Source: Candidatus Marinacidobacterales bacterium
GTDB taxonomy: Bacteria > Acidobacteriota > Vicinamibacteria > Marinacidobacterales > SMYC01
NCBI GenBank assembly: GCA_965237955.1
Contig: OZ250169.1
Location: 1,344,001 to 1,408,000, forward strand
DNA: 64,000 nucleotides
Direction of reading: 5' to 3'
Shown: in pieces, positions 12,466-22,932 of the stretch
Layout of the letters: each line of letters begins with the position of its first letter
Numbering within the stretch: the stretch's first letter is position 1
Position numbers and translations under genes: made by a program
The notes under the pieces: model-generated
Seen by the model: the letters and a program-made list of their open reading frames with translations, nothing else
The model's database searches: none
Told to the model about the DNA's origin: nothing

Positions 12466-12954
12466 ATGGTGATTCGTTGGACGACGGTAACGCTGTTGCT
12501 CGCGGCCACCCTCTTCGGCGTGAGTGCATGTAATATTCCGGGGAAAAAGCCGGACGGCCCGCCCATCTACGCGCTTTTGCGATTGAGGCACATGGAAACC
12601 CGGGTCGAGATGTTGATCATGATGGAGACCTTCGGCGATGGGACGTGCGAAGCGGCGCTTTCTGAGTTCACCCGGGCCATCTACGAGAACGAAGACGACA
12701 TGCAGGGCTGGAAGGAGACCGAGCGCGATTGCCGCGAGGCTCTCAAGCTGCTGTACACGAGAATCTTCAACGATGAGCAAGTCCACGCGACGTATTTGAA
12801 GATCACCGTCAAAGAAGCCTGGCAGTACGAGAGTCGCATCGTACTGTACGGAATCCCCGCATCCCAAGCTCAGCCGGTGTGCCAGGAGATTGCGCGCGAT
12901 CTGCAGGGTAAGCTCCACGCGCGCACCGAGTGCGTGCAGGGCACCGAAGGCTAG
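12466..12954 (+). CDS. Hypothetical lipoprotein
   Basis: Signal peptide with lipobox VSAC; GGAG RBS; four additional Cys. Confidence 0.7.
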   Translation: MVIRWTTVTLLLAATLFGVSACNIPGKKPDGPPIYALLRLRHMETRVEMLIMMETFGDGTCEAALSEFTRAIYENEDDMQGWKETERDCREALKLLYTRIFNDEQVHATYLKITVKEAWQYESRIVLYGIPASQAQPVCQEIARDLQGKLHARTECVQGTEG

Positions 12955-12957
12955 CGA

Positions 12958-14466
12958 CTACTTCAGCGTGAGGGGGTCGCGCAGGGGGATGTGCGTGACC
13001 TCGCCGCCGAAAAACTCCATCATGTTCGCGCGATCGTCCGGGTCTCCCGGCGCGATCTCGTCCCACTTGCCCACGACGAGAAATACGACTTCCTCGGGAC
13101 TGAGATATTTCCGAGCGACCCAAAGAACGTCCTCGGCGGTGACGTCCTCGACCTGATCACGCCAGTTCTGCCAGTACGCGTGCGAGCGGCCGATGAACGC
13201 ATCGCTGGCGAAGATGTTGGCGCGCTGTCGTGCGGACTCCCATCGCCGCGGGAAAGTGTCGACGAGCGAGCTCTTGGCGACCGCGAGCTCTTCATCGGTG
13301 ACGGGCTCGGTCTGGATGCGAGTCACTTCCTCGAGTGCGATCTCGGCGGCGAGCGCAACCGTCGGGCTCTTCGACTGGAACGACACCGTGAACGTGCCGG
13401 GCTCGTAGGGATCGAACGAAAAACGTGAGCCCGCCGAATACGCCAGCCCTTCGTCGGAGCGCACCCGCTTCATGATGCGCGATGTGAACCCGCTGCCACC
13501 GAGAATGTGCTGCATGACTTGAAGCGCCGCGCGATCGGGATTGTCCCAGTCGGTCCATTGAGGAACGCGGTGGCCGATGAGCACTTTGCCTTGGGGGATG
13601 TCTTTCTCGACGCTGTAGACGCCCGGTTTCACCACGTGCGTCGGCTGCGGGGGAGGCCACTTGGCATCGGCACCCTCGCCGGGCCAATCGGCGAGATTGC
13701 TTTCGAGCGTCGCCAAAAACGCAGTCGTTTCGACATCGCCGGAGACGGCGACGACCATGTTCTCGGGGCGCCAGTACTTTTCGTGGAAGTCGATGAGGTC
13801 GGTGCGTGCGATGGCGTTCAGGCGGGCCTCGGTCATGCGGCGGCTTGCGTAGTGATCTTCGCCGTAGAGAAGAAAATCCCACTCGCGGCTGAGGATGTCG
13901 CCGGCGTCATCGTTTCTCTGGCGCATCGACTCCAGGATGTTCCCCTTCTCGATTTGAAGACGAGCCTCGTCGAAGCGTGGGTTCCGCAGCATGTCGAAAA
14001 AGAGCTCGAGACACGCGTCGAGCGCGGGCGTGATGCACCCCAAGCTCGCACCAGCCTGGGAGTCACCGCCGAAGCTCGAGATGTTGGCCGCGAGAAACGC
14101 AGCCTCTTCGTCGAACGTATCCGGGGTCATGCTGTCCGTTCCTCCGGTTCGTATCATCCGGCCGGTCAGACTCGCGAGGCCGACTTTGTCGGCCGGCTCG
14201 AGGTAGCTACCTTGCCGCAGGAGGAAGCGCAGGCTGACGAGAGGAAACGTGTGGTCCTCAGCGACGTACACTGCAATCCCGTTCGAGAGCGCGTGACGAA
14301 AGCTGTCGCCGTCGGGGACGGTGAACTCGAGCGCGTCGTAAGCGAGGTCTTCGGGACGCTCGGGAATCTCCGCAGAGGTGACGGCCATCGGCTGCGCGAG
14401 CGCGGCGCCGGAACAAACTGTACAGGCGAGAAACAAAACGGTTAGGGCACTCTGCGTAGACTTCAT
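12958..14466 (-). CDS. M16 peptidase, non-catalytic partner subunit
   Basis: M16 fold without HxxEH; RVRSDEGLAY R/Y pair; signal peptide. Confidence 0.9.
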   Translation of the reverse strand: MKSTQSALTVLFLACTVCSGAALAQPMAVTSAEIPERPEDLAYDALEFTVPDGDSFRHALSNGIAVYVAEDHTFPLVSLRFLLRQGSYLEPADKVGLASLTGRMIRTGGTDSMTPDTFDEEAAFLAANISSFGGDSQAGASLGCITPALDACLELFFDMLRNPRFDEARLQIEKGNILESMRQRNDDAGDILSREWDFLLYGEDHYASRRMTEARLNAIARTDLIDFHEKYWRPENMVVAVSGDVETTAFLATLESNLADWPGEGADAKWPPPQPTHVVKPGVYSVEKDIPQGKVLIGHRVPQWTDWDNPDRAALQVMQHILGGSGFTSRIMKRVRSDEGLAYSAGSRFSFDPYEPGTFTVSFQSKSPTVALAAEIALEEVTRIQTEPVTDEELAVAKSSLVDTFPRRWESARQRANIFASDAFIGRSHAYWQNWRDQVEDVTAEDVLWVARKYLSPEEVVFLVVGKWDEIAPGDPDDRANMMEFFGGEVTHIPLRDPLTLK

Positions 14467-16220
14467 TGGCCGCCTCCTGACTCGAGCACGGCGATCCGTT
14501 CTTGGATCGTTCTCTCGATGAGCGGAAACACTTGTTGAAACGCGGGCGGCGCTGCTTCCTGTTGCGCCGGTAGCTGGTCGAGCATCCCTCTCAATATGTC
14601 GACGTCGCCCACAGAGCGGATTTGGTCGAGCTGACCCATGATCTGCCGTTGCACTTCTGTGGGCAGGCCTTCGAGCTCTGTCGGGATCACCGCGGGCGCC
14701 GTCCCCTCGGTGCGGGAATAATGAGCCACCGCGCGATTCGACGGTTCGAAGTACGTCTTCGCGACGCGCTGGACGTCATCGGCCGTCACCACGAGGGTTT
14801 TGGCGGCCCACTCGTTGATGTACTCCCAATCGCCCATGCCGTCGTAGACGAGAAGCTGCCGCAGCAAGAAGAACCCGCTCGCGAGCCTTCGGTACGAGCT
14901 CGCCGTGATCTGGTTCTTCACTTTCTGGAGCTCGCGCTCGGGAATGGGCTCGTCGCGAATCTTGCGAAGCTCTTCCTCGAGAGCGCGTTCGAGGTGCTCG
15001 GGAGTGGCATCGCCCTTTGTCTCGGCGAAAAGCGAGAACGAGCCCGCCCACTTCCGCGACGCCTGAAAACTTCCCGCGGTGGACGCGATTTCCTGGTCGA
15101 GCACCAGCGATTTGTACAGACGGCCGCTCCTGCCGTTGAGTAGTTCCGCGAGGACGTCGAGCGCGTAGGAATCTTTGTGGCGAAACGGCACCGTGTGATA
15201 GCGAATCTCGATTTGCGGCTGACAGTCGCAAGTCGCGTCCATGCGCTTTTCCGCGAGCTGCGGCATCTCGAGGGTGACGACGTCGGGTGGTGATCGTTTC
15301 CCCTTCGGAAGCCGTCCGAAATAACGCTCGGCGAGATCCTTGACTTCGTCGAGCTCGAAGTTTCCGACAAGCGCCGCGGTCAGATTGCCCGGGGCGTAAT
15401 AAGTCGCAAAATAGTCTTTGGCCTGCGCGAGCGTGTACACCTCGAGGTCCGACGGCCATCCAACGACAGGCCAACTGTACGGGTGCGACTCCCAGAACAT
15501 GGCATCGAAGAGCTCGTCGAACCTGCCCGTGGGAGTCGATTCGGTGCGAAGCCGCCGCTCTTCGTGCACGACGTCGCGCTCGGAGTAGAACTCGCGGAAC
15601 ACGGGCCTGAAAAGCCGCTCCGATTCCATCCAGAACCAGAGCTCGAGCTTGTTCGCGGGCACGGTGATGAAGTAGACGGTGATGTCGTTGCTCGTGAACG
15701 CGTTCATCCCGGAAGCGCCGGCTTCGGTGTAGATCTTGTCGAACTCGTCCTTGACCATGACCGTCCGCTGCTGCTCGACGAGCTCGTCGAAACGACGCTC
15801 GAGCTCGACGAGCTCTCTCGGACGTGCGTCGGCGCTGAACGGGTCGTCGATCTCGCCGAGGCGGTGACGCTTTCTCTGGCTGCGGTAGATTTCGCGGATC
15901 TGTTCCTGGAGCTTTTCTTGCTCTTCCATGATCCGTCTATCCTCGACGAGGTTCGTCGTGCCGATGGTCTCGCTCCCCTTGAACATCATGTGCTCGAAAA
16001 AATGGCTCATGCCGGTAATGCCCGGACGCTCGTTTGCGGAGCCGACGTGAGCGACCCAACCGGCGCTGACGGTCGTGAGCTCGGGGCGCTGCACCACGAG
16101 AACGTTCATGCCGTTTGCGAGCTCGAACGTCTCGACCGGAACCTCGGTGATCTCCTGGGCGCCGGCCGCGGTCGTCAGGAATATCCCGACGAGGGCTACC
16201 TGTAAAATTCGGAACGTCAT
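14463..16220 (-). CDS. M16 zinc peptidase (pitrilysin family), catalytic subunit
   Basis: HFFEHMMFKGS, NAFTS and ERDVVHEERR motifs; ATGA coupling to its partner. Confidence 0.93.
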   Translation of the reverse strand: MTFRILQVALVGIFLTTAAGAQEITEVPVETFELANGMNVLVVQRPELTTVSAGWVAHVGSANERPGITGMSHFFEHMMFKGSETIGTTNLVEDRRIMEEQEKLQEQIREIYRSQRKRHRLGEIDDPFSADARPRELVELERRFDELVEQQRTVMVKDEFDKIYTEAGASGMNAFTSNDITVYFITVPANKLELWFWMESERLFRPVFREFYSERDVVHEERRLRTESTPTGRFDELFDAMFWESHPYSWPVVGWPSDLEVYTLAQAKDYFATYYAPGNLTAALVGNFELDEVKDLAERYFGRLPKGKRSPPDVVTLEMPQLAEKRMDATCDCQPQIEIRYHTVPFRHKDSYALDVLAELLNGRSGRLYKSLVLDQEIASTAGSFQASRKWAGSFSLFAETKGDATPEHLERALEEELRKIRDEPIPERELQKVKNQITASSYRRLASGFFLLRQLLVYDGMGDWEYINEWAAKTLVVTADDVQRVAKTYFEPSNRAVAHYSRTEGTAPAVIPTELEGLPTEVQRQIMGQLDQIRSVGDVDILRGMLDQLPAQQEAAPPAFQQVFPLIERTIQERIAVLESGGGQ

Positions 16221-16226
16221 GAGGGC

Positions 16227-16232
16227 ATTCTA
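16227..16232 (-). promoter_or_regulatory. -10 box TAGAAT 6 nt before ATG (putative leaderless promoter)
   Basis: Minus strand TAGAAT-gccctc-ATG; no SD. Confidence 0.5.
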
Positions 16233-16245
16233 CTACGTGCGCTGA

Positions 16246-18252
16246 TCACGCCCACGCCCGGGAGAGCTTCCAGAATCGCAATCGGCGGCGACTTCGGAAA
16301 TCCTGGGGGAGCATCCTTGCAGACTCGGTGACGTCCTCGGCGTCATTGAGACGTTGGAGCCGTTGATGTCCGCGTACGACGGCGTAAAGAGCGCCGTCTT
16401 CGGTGAGGAGCGCGCGCGCCTGCGGGATGATTTCATCGGGTGCGGCTGGGAGCATAACGATGATGAGCTCGTAGCTGAAAGCGTCGAGGCGTGAGTCGAA
16501 GCGGTGGCGAGTCGCTTGGAGCGCGTTCAAAGCGAAGTTCCGCTCGGCCCACGTTACCTCGGCGTTGACACACGTCACCGACTCGGCGCCGCCGGCCGCG
16601 GCGGTGACGGCTTCGGCCCCCGCGGTCGAGTTGACGCACATGACGCGCTTTCCTCGCGCGAGCTCTCGTATTCTTTCTCGCAGCACGCGGGCTTCGAGCG
16701 CAAGCCCGGTGTCGTTCGAGCCGTTCAAGTGGACTTCGAACCTGAGTCCGTTCTCGTGGACTTCCACGGTTCGCTCTAGCGTCGGACGGCCGACGACGTC
16801 GATGTGGTCGGACGGCACATCTAGGCTTGCCGCGATGGCGCTTACCATCTCGTCGAGCCAGTCTTCGTGCTGCGCCTTGGTACGACTCGTCACTCGCTCC
16901 CCTGCGGGCGTGACCAAAAAGAAATCACCATAGCGATCCACCGACAGCGGCACTTCCTTGATGTCGCGATCGTAGAGACGGTAGGCGTCGATGCCGCGTT
17001 TGGTCGGCCACTTGCGAAGATGGCGGGCGCGCTTTTTGAGCCGGTTCGCGAAGACCGCGCTTTGGCGCTCGCCTTTTTCGTCCACGCCGCCGAACGATAT
17101 GTCTCGGGAGTCTCGTGGCTTGCCGCCGGGGCGAGGTCCGATGAATTGATAGTACGTGCACTCGATCCGCCCGTTGTAGAGCTTTCGACGCCGGTCGGCC
17201 TCCTGACCGAAGAGCGCTTGGAGCTCGCGGCTCGATGTCAGGATGTAGTGCGACCACGTTTTGAATCGACGCAGGACGGCCGGCATGGATCGATAGAGCT
17301 CGCGAGCTTCGGAGGCATCGCCGAGGCGGTCGCCGTAGGGCGGGTTGGTAATGAGACAACCGTAGCTGTCATCGGATCCGATCGCATCGAAAGGCTTGTG
17401 CTCGAACCGAATGTCCTCGGCGACGCCGGCTTTGCTCGCATGGGATCGCGCGAGTGCGAGAGCCTTGGCGTCGCGGTCCGAGCCGAGGATCGGTATCGGC
17501 GATGGCGGCGTTTCGAGTGAGTGCGCTTCGTCGCGCGCGTCGGTCCATGTACGCGCCGGCAGGCTCGGCCACGACTCGGAGACGAAGTCGCGAGCAATCC
17601 CCGGAGCGCGATGGCGGGCAATGAGAGCCGCTTCGATAGGAAGTGTGCCCGTGCCGCAAAACGGATCGAGAAAAGGGCGCTCTCGATCCCAAAAGCTCAA
17701 AAGGATGAGCCCGGCGGCGAGGGTCTCTTTGAGAGGCGCTTGGCCGGCAAGCGGACGGTAGCCGCGCTTGTGGAGTCCTGCGCCGCTGGTGTCGAGAGCG
17801 AGCGTCGCTTGGTCTTTCAAAAGCGCGACTTCGACGGGAAAGCTCGGCCCATCTTCGGGAAGCGTCTGGACTTTGTGCGCTTCTTTCAACCTTTCGACGA
17901 TGGCTTTTTTGACGACCCGCTGGCACGCTGGCACGCTCGAGAGCTTCGATTTCACCGAGCGGCCGCGCACCGGAAAGCTCGCGTTGGCCGGAAGGAAGCA
18001 CTCCCACGGCGTGGCCCGCGTCGCGTCGAACAGCATGCCGAAGTCGTCCGCTGGGAACGTGTTCATCGCGATCAACACCCGATCCGAGGCGCGGAGCCAA
18101 AGGTTAGAACGGGCGATGGCGGCAGCATCGCCTCGAAACGAGAGCCAACCCGGCCGTGTCGTCCGCGCTTCGTAGCCGAGTGCCTCGAGCTCGCGGGAGA
18201 CGACGGATTCGAGCCCGAAGGTTGCCGTCGCGATGAGCGTGAGCGTTTCCAC
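16246..18252 (-). CDS. rlmL: 23S rRNA methyltransferase RlmL (THUMP + MTase) with a degenerate RlmK-like C-terminal domain
   Basis: LHKRGYR, APLKETLAA, DPFCGTGT and TNPPYG motifs, then FANRLKK..AYRLYDRD. Confidence 0.88.
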   Translation of the reverse strand: METLTLIATATFGLESVVSRELEALGYEARTTRPGWLSFRGDAAAIARSNLWLRASDRVLIAMNTFPADDFGMLFDATRATPWECFLPANASFPVRGRSVKSKLSSVPACQRVVKKAIVERLKEAHKVQTLPEDGPSFPVEVALLKDQATLALDTSGAGLHKRGYRPLAGQAPLKETLAAGLILLSFWDRERPFLDPFCGTGTLPIEAALIARHRAPGIARDFVSESWPSLPARTWTDARDEAHSLETPPSPIPILGSDRDAKALALARSHASKAGVAEDIRFEHKPFDAIGSDDSYGCLITNPPYGDRLGDASEARELYRSMPAVLRRFKTWSHYILTSSRELQALFGQEADRRRKLYNGRIECTYYQFIGPRPGGKPRDSRDISFGGVDEKGERQSAVFANRLKKRARHLRKWPTKRGIDAYRLYDRDIKEVPLSVDRYGDFFLVTPAGERVTSRTKAQHEDWLDEMVSAIAASLDVPSDHIDVVGRPTLERTVEVHENGLRFEVHLNGSNDTGLALEARVLRERIRELARGKRVMCVNSTAGAEAVTAAAGGAESVTCVNAEVTWAERNFALNALQATRHRFDSRLDAFSYELIIVMLPAAPDEIIPQARALLTEDGALYAVVRGHQRLQRLNDAEDVTESARMLPQDFRSRRRLRFWKLSRAWA

Positions 18253-18258
18253 GGGGTG

Positions 18259-18267
18259 AAGCTAACA
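18259..18267 (-). promoter_or_regulatory. Extended -10 TGtTAGCTT 6 nt before GTG of rlmL
   Basis: Read directly; no SD. Confidence 0.45.
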
Positions 18268-18334
18268 CGGCGGGTCTCGGTTCCTGAGGTACAATCCGGA
18301 GGCTCGGAGAGAGCCAGCGGGAGACTTTGTAAGA

Positions 18335-20029
18335 ATGAAACTCTTCACGAAGAAACTAGCCCTGTCATTGGTAGCGCTCCTCGCGGTAGCGACTCAGGTA
18401 GCAGCCGAGAATGCGCCTACCCGTGCGAAACACGGCATGGTCATCTCTCAAAGCGATATCGCTTCCCAAGTCGGCGTCGATGTCATGAAAGATGGCGGCA
18501 ACGCAATCGATGCTGCGGTGGCGACAGCGTTCGCCCTTGCCGTCACGCACCCATCGGCGGGGAACATTGGAGGCGGTGGGTTTCTCGTCTTCCGTCCTGA
18601 CAGCGGGGAGCCTGCCACGATCGACTTCCGCGAGATGGCGCCGGCGAAAGCGACGGCCACGATGTGGCTCGACAACGGAGAGTACAGCGGCGATCGGCAT
18701 CATCAGAGCCACCTTTCAATAGGTGTCCCCGGCACGGTTGCCGGTATGCACATGGCGTGGGAGGAGTACGGGAGCTTGCCGTGGGAGCGCTTGCTCGAGC
18801 CGGCGGTACGGCTCGCGCGGGACGGGTTCGAGGTAAGCGACGGCCTCGCTCGATCGCTCGATCGCTCGATGGAACGGATGGGGAAATACCCCGCGACGAA
18901 GTCGCAGTTCACGAAAAACGGTGAGCCGTTCGAGGCGGGCGACATTCTAAAGCAAGCCGATCTCGGCGAATCTCTCGTGCGCATTGCCGAGAAGGGATTG
19001 CGAGGTTTCTACGAAGGCAAGACTGCGCGACTCATCGCGGAGGAGATGGCAAAAAACGGTGGTCTCATCACCGAAGAGGACCTGAAAGCGTACCGCGCCA
19101 AGAAGAGAGCTCCGATCCGAGGTACGTATCGCGGGGTCGAGATCATCTCGATGCCGCCCCCGTCGAGCGGCGGGATCGTGCTCGTCGAGATGTTGAACAT
19201 CCTCGAAGGCTACGACGTTGCCGGAGACGGGCTCGGCTCCGCGCGCAACCTCCACCGCATGGCGGAGTCCATGCGACGCGCGTACTCCGATCGCGCGCAC
19301 TACCTCGGAGACCCCGATTTCAATCCCGACATGCCCATCGAGCGGTTGACGTCGAAGGAGCATGCGGCTCAGCTCCGACGGACGATCGAACCCGATCGCG
19401 CTTCGAAATCGACTCCCGACACCTTCGAATGGCCCAAGGAGAGTCCCGAGACCACCCATTACTCGGTCGTCGACGCCGACCGCAACGCGGTGTCGGTCAC
19501 GTACACACTCGAGTTCGGTTATGGCTCGGGCATTGTAGTGCCGGGGGCTGGTTTTCTCCTCAACAACGAAATGGGTGATTTCAACGGCGCTCCCGACCTC
19601 ACCCATGAGAACGGTCTCATCGGGACCAAGCCGAATCTCGCCGCTCCCCACAAACGGATGCTCTCGAGCATGACGCCCACCATTGTCACCAAGGACGGCG
19701 AGCTCCTCATGGTCACCGGAAGCCCGGGAGGTCGTACCATTATTAATACGGTCCTACAAACGATCTTGAACGTCGTCGACCACGACATGAACGCCCAAGC
19801 TGCGGTGGACGCGGGCCGGATACACCATCAATGGCTTCCCGACCGGATCAGATACGAGCGGCAGATGTTTTCACCCGACACGCTGCACATCCTGACGTGG
19901 CTCGGTCACAACCTGGACGAGCGGACGAATCAAGGCAGCGCGCACGTGATCGTTGTCGATCAGCAAGACGAAGTGCTCGAAGGTGGTGTCGATCGCCGCT
20001 CCTCCACCAGCGTCGCCGCGTTTTATTGA
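18335..20029 (+). CDS. ggt: Gamma-glutamyltransferase
   Basis: GGNAIDAA, DFRE, ETTHYSVVD, LNNEMGDF, SSMTP and GSPGG motifs. Confidence 0.97.
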   Translation: MKLFTKKLALSLVALLAVATQVAAENAPTRAKHGMVISQSDIASQVGVDVMKDGGNAIDAAVATAFALAVTHPSAGNIGGGGFLVFRPDSGEPATIDFREMAPAKATATMWLDNGEYSGDRHHQSHLSIGVPGTVAGMHMAWEEYGSLPWERLLEPAVRLARDGFEVSDGLARSLDRSMERMGKYPATKSQFTKNGEPFEAGDILKQADLGESLVRIAEKGLRGFYEGKTARLIAEEMAKNGGLITEEDLKAYRAKKRAPIRGTYRGVEIISMPPPSSGGIVLVEMLNILEGYDVAGDGLGSARNLHRMAESMRRAYSDRAHYLGDPDFNPDMPIERLTSKEHAAQLRRTIEPDRASKSTPDTFEWPKESPETTHYSVVDADRNAVSVTYTLEFGYGSGIVVPGAGFLLNNEMGDFNGAPDLTHENGLIGTKPNLAAPHKRMLSSMTPTIVTKDGELLMVTGSPGGRTIINTVLQTILNVVDHDMNAQAAVDAGRIHHQWLPDRIRYERQMFSPDTLHILTWLGHNLDERTNQGSAHVIVVDQQDEVLEGGVDRRSSTSVAAFY

Positions 20030-20054
20030 TCCAGCCCAGCTGACAGGGCCCCCT

Positions 20055-20987
20055 TCAAGATTCCGCAGCTGCGCGGGAGCGCGACCAGCGTAGCAGGGCG
20101 CTGGCACCCGCGGCGGTGAGGACGCACCAAGCGGCGAAAAGCGCGCCTGGGAGCGCGGTCTCGGGGCCGAAGTGCGTCAGCGCGAGCGCGACACCCAGGC
20201 CCGCGTTCTGCATCCCGATCTCGATCGAGAGCGCAAGCCGGTGACGGAAGTCGAATCGATAGAGCTTCGCGAGGTTCCAGCCGACTAGATAGCCGAGCGC
20301 ATTCACGAGTACGACGTAGCCGAAGACGCTGGGACCCACCGTAGCGATGCGCGGCTGGTTCGCGGCGACCGCGTATGAACAAATCACGACGATGGCAACG
20401 GCCGCGATCGCGGGACAGATTTGCTGGGCGTGCCGCAGGTAGGGACCGAGGAAACGCCTCACGCCCATGCCGAGAACAAGAGGCACGAGCACGGTCTCGA
20501 CGATCGTTTCGAACAGGGGCCAGAACGCGACCGGCATGAACGCGCCGCCGAGCCATTGCACGAGAGTAGGCGTCAACAGTGGAGATAGGAACGTTGCCAC
20601 CGTCGTCATTGCGATGGAGAACGCTAGCGCGCCTCCGGCCAGATAGACGATGACGTTGCTCGCCATGGCACCGGGTGCCGCGCCGACGATCACGAAACCG
20701 AGCGCGAGCTCCGGTGGGAACCCGCTGACGGTCGCGACGATGAATCCGAGCAGAGGCATGACAGTGAACTGCGTGAGGACGCCGAGCAGCACGCGCTGAG
20801 GGTGTTCGAGCGTGCGTTTCAAATCGTCGGGCTCCAACACCACACCGAGAGCAAGCATCGTCGCGGCAAAGAACCATAGAAACGTATCCGCAAAGATGAG
20901 AAACGACGGCGGATAGAGGTAGGCGACGACGGCGCCCACCAGCGTCAGCGGCGCCAACTGCTTCGAGAGGAAGCTGAACAACTGCAT
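20055..20987 (-). CDS. Bile acid:sodium symporter (BASS) family transporter
   Basis: QFTVMPL, APGAMASN and IEIGMQNAGL motifs. Confidence 0.93.
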   Translation of the reverse strand: MQLFSFLSKQLAPLTLVGAVVAYLYPPSFLIFADTFLWFFAATMLALGVVLEPDDLKRTLEHPQRVLLGVLTQFTVMPLLGFIVATVSGFPPELALGFVIVGAAPGAMASNVIVYLAGGALAFSIAMTTVATFLSPLLTPTLVQWLGGAFMPVAFWPLFETIVETVLVPLVLGMGVRRFLGPYLRHAQQICPAIAAVAIVVICSYAVAANQPRIATVGPSVFGYVVLVNALGYLVGWNLAKLYRFDFRHRLALSIEIGMQNAGLGVALALTHFGPETALPGALFAAWCVLTAAGASALLRWSRSRAAAES

Positions 20988-21009
20988 GGACCGAGCGACG
21001 ATAGCACAG

Positions 21010-21035
21010 CAGCTGGCGACTGGAAGCCGGCTGGA
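21010..21035. repeat. CTGG-type heptamer repeat related to 29257-29285
   Basis: CAGCTGGCGACTGGAA versus CAGCTGGTGACTGGGA. Confidence 0.45.
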
Positions 21036-21086
21036 GCACAATGGGCTGGTGTCCAGTAGGGCGGACAAGCCCGATGACAATTAGCA

Positions 21087-22253
21087 ATGCCTAACGCGTT
21101 GAGCACGTTGGCGGTCGTTCTCCTGTTCGTCGTGCGCCCGGCGGTGTCTCAAGAGCGGCGCTCGTTCTCCGAGCGCTTTCGGTACGGTGGCGAGGTCACC
21201 GGCAATATCTCGCCGGTGGACCATGGCTATTTCAACGAGCTCGAGTACCAGCGCAATCTGCTCCGGCTGGTACGGGTCAACTTCGCCTTGGAGTTTCGAG
21301 CGAGCGATCAGGTGGCGATCTTGACCGAGATTCGCTCCGACAACTTCGATGTGCCCGAGCCCTACGCGCTCTACGTACGCCTTCGTCCGTGGCGCGATCG
21401 CGCGTTCGACATCCAGGTCGGGCGTATCCCGCCCGTGTTCGGCGCGTTCGCGCGCCGTCGCTACGACATCGGCAACCCGCTCATCGGCTATCCATTGACA
21501 TATCAATACCCGAACACGACGCGGCCGGACTCGGCGCCGACAGAGCTCTCTCAAGTTCTCCTTCAACGCGGAGGGGGAGCGAAAGTGCGCTATCCGATTG
21601 GAGATCGGGAACCGATGGCGGGGCTACCCATGGTGAACCCGCTACGGTGGGACACTGGCGTTCAAGTTATGCTCGGACACGACCCGATCGAGCTCGGTGT
21701 GGCGGTGACGCAGGGCACGATCTCGAACCCGCGGGTGCGGGACGACAACTCGGGGAAACAGCTCGCGGCGCGCCTTGGTTTGCGTCCCGCGTTCGGATGG
21801 GTGCTCGGCGTTTCCGGTGCACGCGGCGAATACGTTACGGATGACGTCACGTCGATCACGGGCGACACCGGCTATCAGACCGCCTTCGGTTTCGACCTCG
21901 AGTTCTCGCGGAACTATTTTGTTCTGCGAGCCGAGACCATCTGGAGTCAGTGGGACGCGCCTACGCTGGAAACGGGCGCTCTCGGAGGCCTGGGTTTCTA
22001 CATTGAGGCAAGCTACAAGATCTCGCTCGGGTTCTACGTCGCGGCGCGCGTTGATCGCATTAGCTTCGACCATGTCGACAGTGCCGATGGAGCCATCACT
22101 TGGGATTCGTCCATCTCGAGGATCGAAGTCGGAGCCGGCTACTACTTTCACCGGCAGCTTCTCGCCAAAGTTTCGTATCAATACAACGAGCGCGATGCCG
22201 GTAGGCTCACGACCCGCGGTATTCCCGCGGTGCAGCTTCTATTCTGGTTTTGA
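21087..22253 (+). CDS. Putative outer-membrane beta-barrel (porin-like)
   Basis: Signal peptide, alternating aromatic strands and C-terminal Phe (QLLFWF). Confidence 0.75.
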   Translation: MPNALSTLAVVLLFVVRPAVSQERRSFSERFRYGGEVTGNISPVDHGYFNELEYQRNLLRLVRVNFALEFRASDQVAILTEIRSDNFDVPEPYALYVRLRPWRDRAFDIQVGRIPPVFGAFARRRYDIGNPLIGYPLTYQYPNTTRPDSAPTELSQVLLQRGGGAKVRYPIGDREPMAGLPMVNPLRWDTGVQVMLGHDPIELGVAVTQGTISNPRVRDDNSGKQLAARLGLRPAFGWVLGVSGARGEYVTDDVTSITGDTGYQTAFGFDLEFSRNYFVLRAETIWSQWDAPTLETGALGGLGFYIEASYKISLGFYVAARVDRISFDHVDSADGAITWDSSISRIEVGAGYYFHRQLLAKVSYQYNERDAGRLTTRGIPAVQLLFWF

Positions 22254-22256
22254 GCG

Positions 22257-22928
22257 ATGAGCATGCGAGTAGCGGTTTGTGTCACCGTTCTCATGGGGAC
22301 ACTCGTCGCGACCGGGGAAGAGAACGAACAGGTGGCGCTCGGCTCTATCACCGGCGTCGTCGACGTTCGTCTTCCGTTGAGCCGAGAGCGCGCGCGGCCG
22401 TCGGTGCGTAAGCTCGGGAGTCCCGACGCGCGCGGCCGGCCCGATCGAACCCAGAGCGTCGTCTATTTGGAGATGGCACCCCAGGGCGCGTTCGAGGCGC
22501 GACCCGTCGGACGCGCGGTGCTGGATCAGCGTCAGGAGACGTTCGTGCCGTACGCGCTTCCCGTGACCGTCGGCACGACCGTCCAGTTCCCGAACAGCGA
22601 TCCCATTTACCACAACGTTTTTTCGTTCTCGAAGCCCAGGCGATTCGACCTCGGACGCTACCCGCAGGGCCGCACCAAGAGGGTGCGTTTCGACCGTCCG
22701 GGAATCGTGCGCGTGTTCTGTGAGATCCACTCCCACATGAGCGCGTTCATCCTCGTCTTTTCTCACCAGTATTTCGCGTCGACAGACACGTCCGGGCGCT
22801 ACCGGATCGACGCCGTGCCTCCGGGCGTTTACGATGTGTCGGTGTGGACCGACGGAGAAGCTCGCATGAGCAAGTCGGTGACGGTGAGGGCCGGCGAGTC
22901 CGTCGAGCTCGATTTCGTGGTGGAATGA
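22257..22928 (+). CDS. Secreted cupredoxin-like + carboxypeptidase-regulatory-like domain protein
   Basis: IYHNVFS and FCEIHSHM (type 1 Cu ligands); GRYRIDAVPPGVY. Confidence 0.82.
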   Translation: MSMRVAVCVTVLMGTLVATGEENEQVALGSITGVVDVRLPLSRERARPSVRKLGSPDARGRPDRTQSVVYLEMAPQGAFEARPVGRAVLDQRQETFVPYALPVTVGTTVQFPNSDPIYHNVFSFSKPRRFDLGRYPQGRTKRVRFDRPGIVRVFCEIHSHMSAFILVFSHQYFASTDTSGRYRIDAVPPGVYDVSVWTDGEARMSKSVTVRAGESVELDFVVE

Positions 22929-22932
22929 GCCA

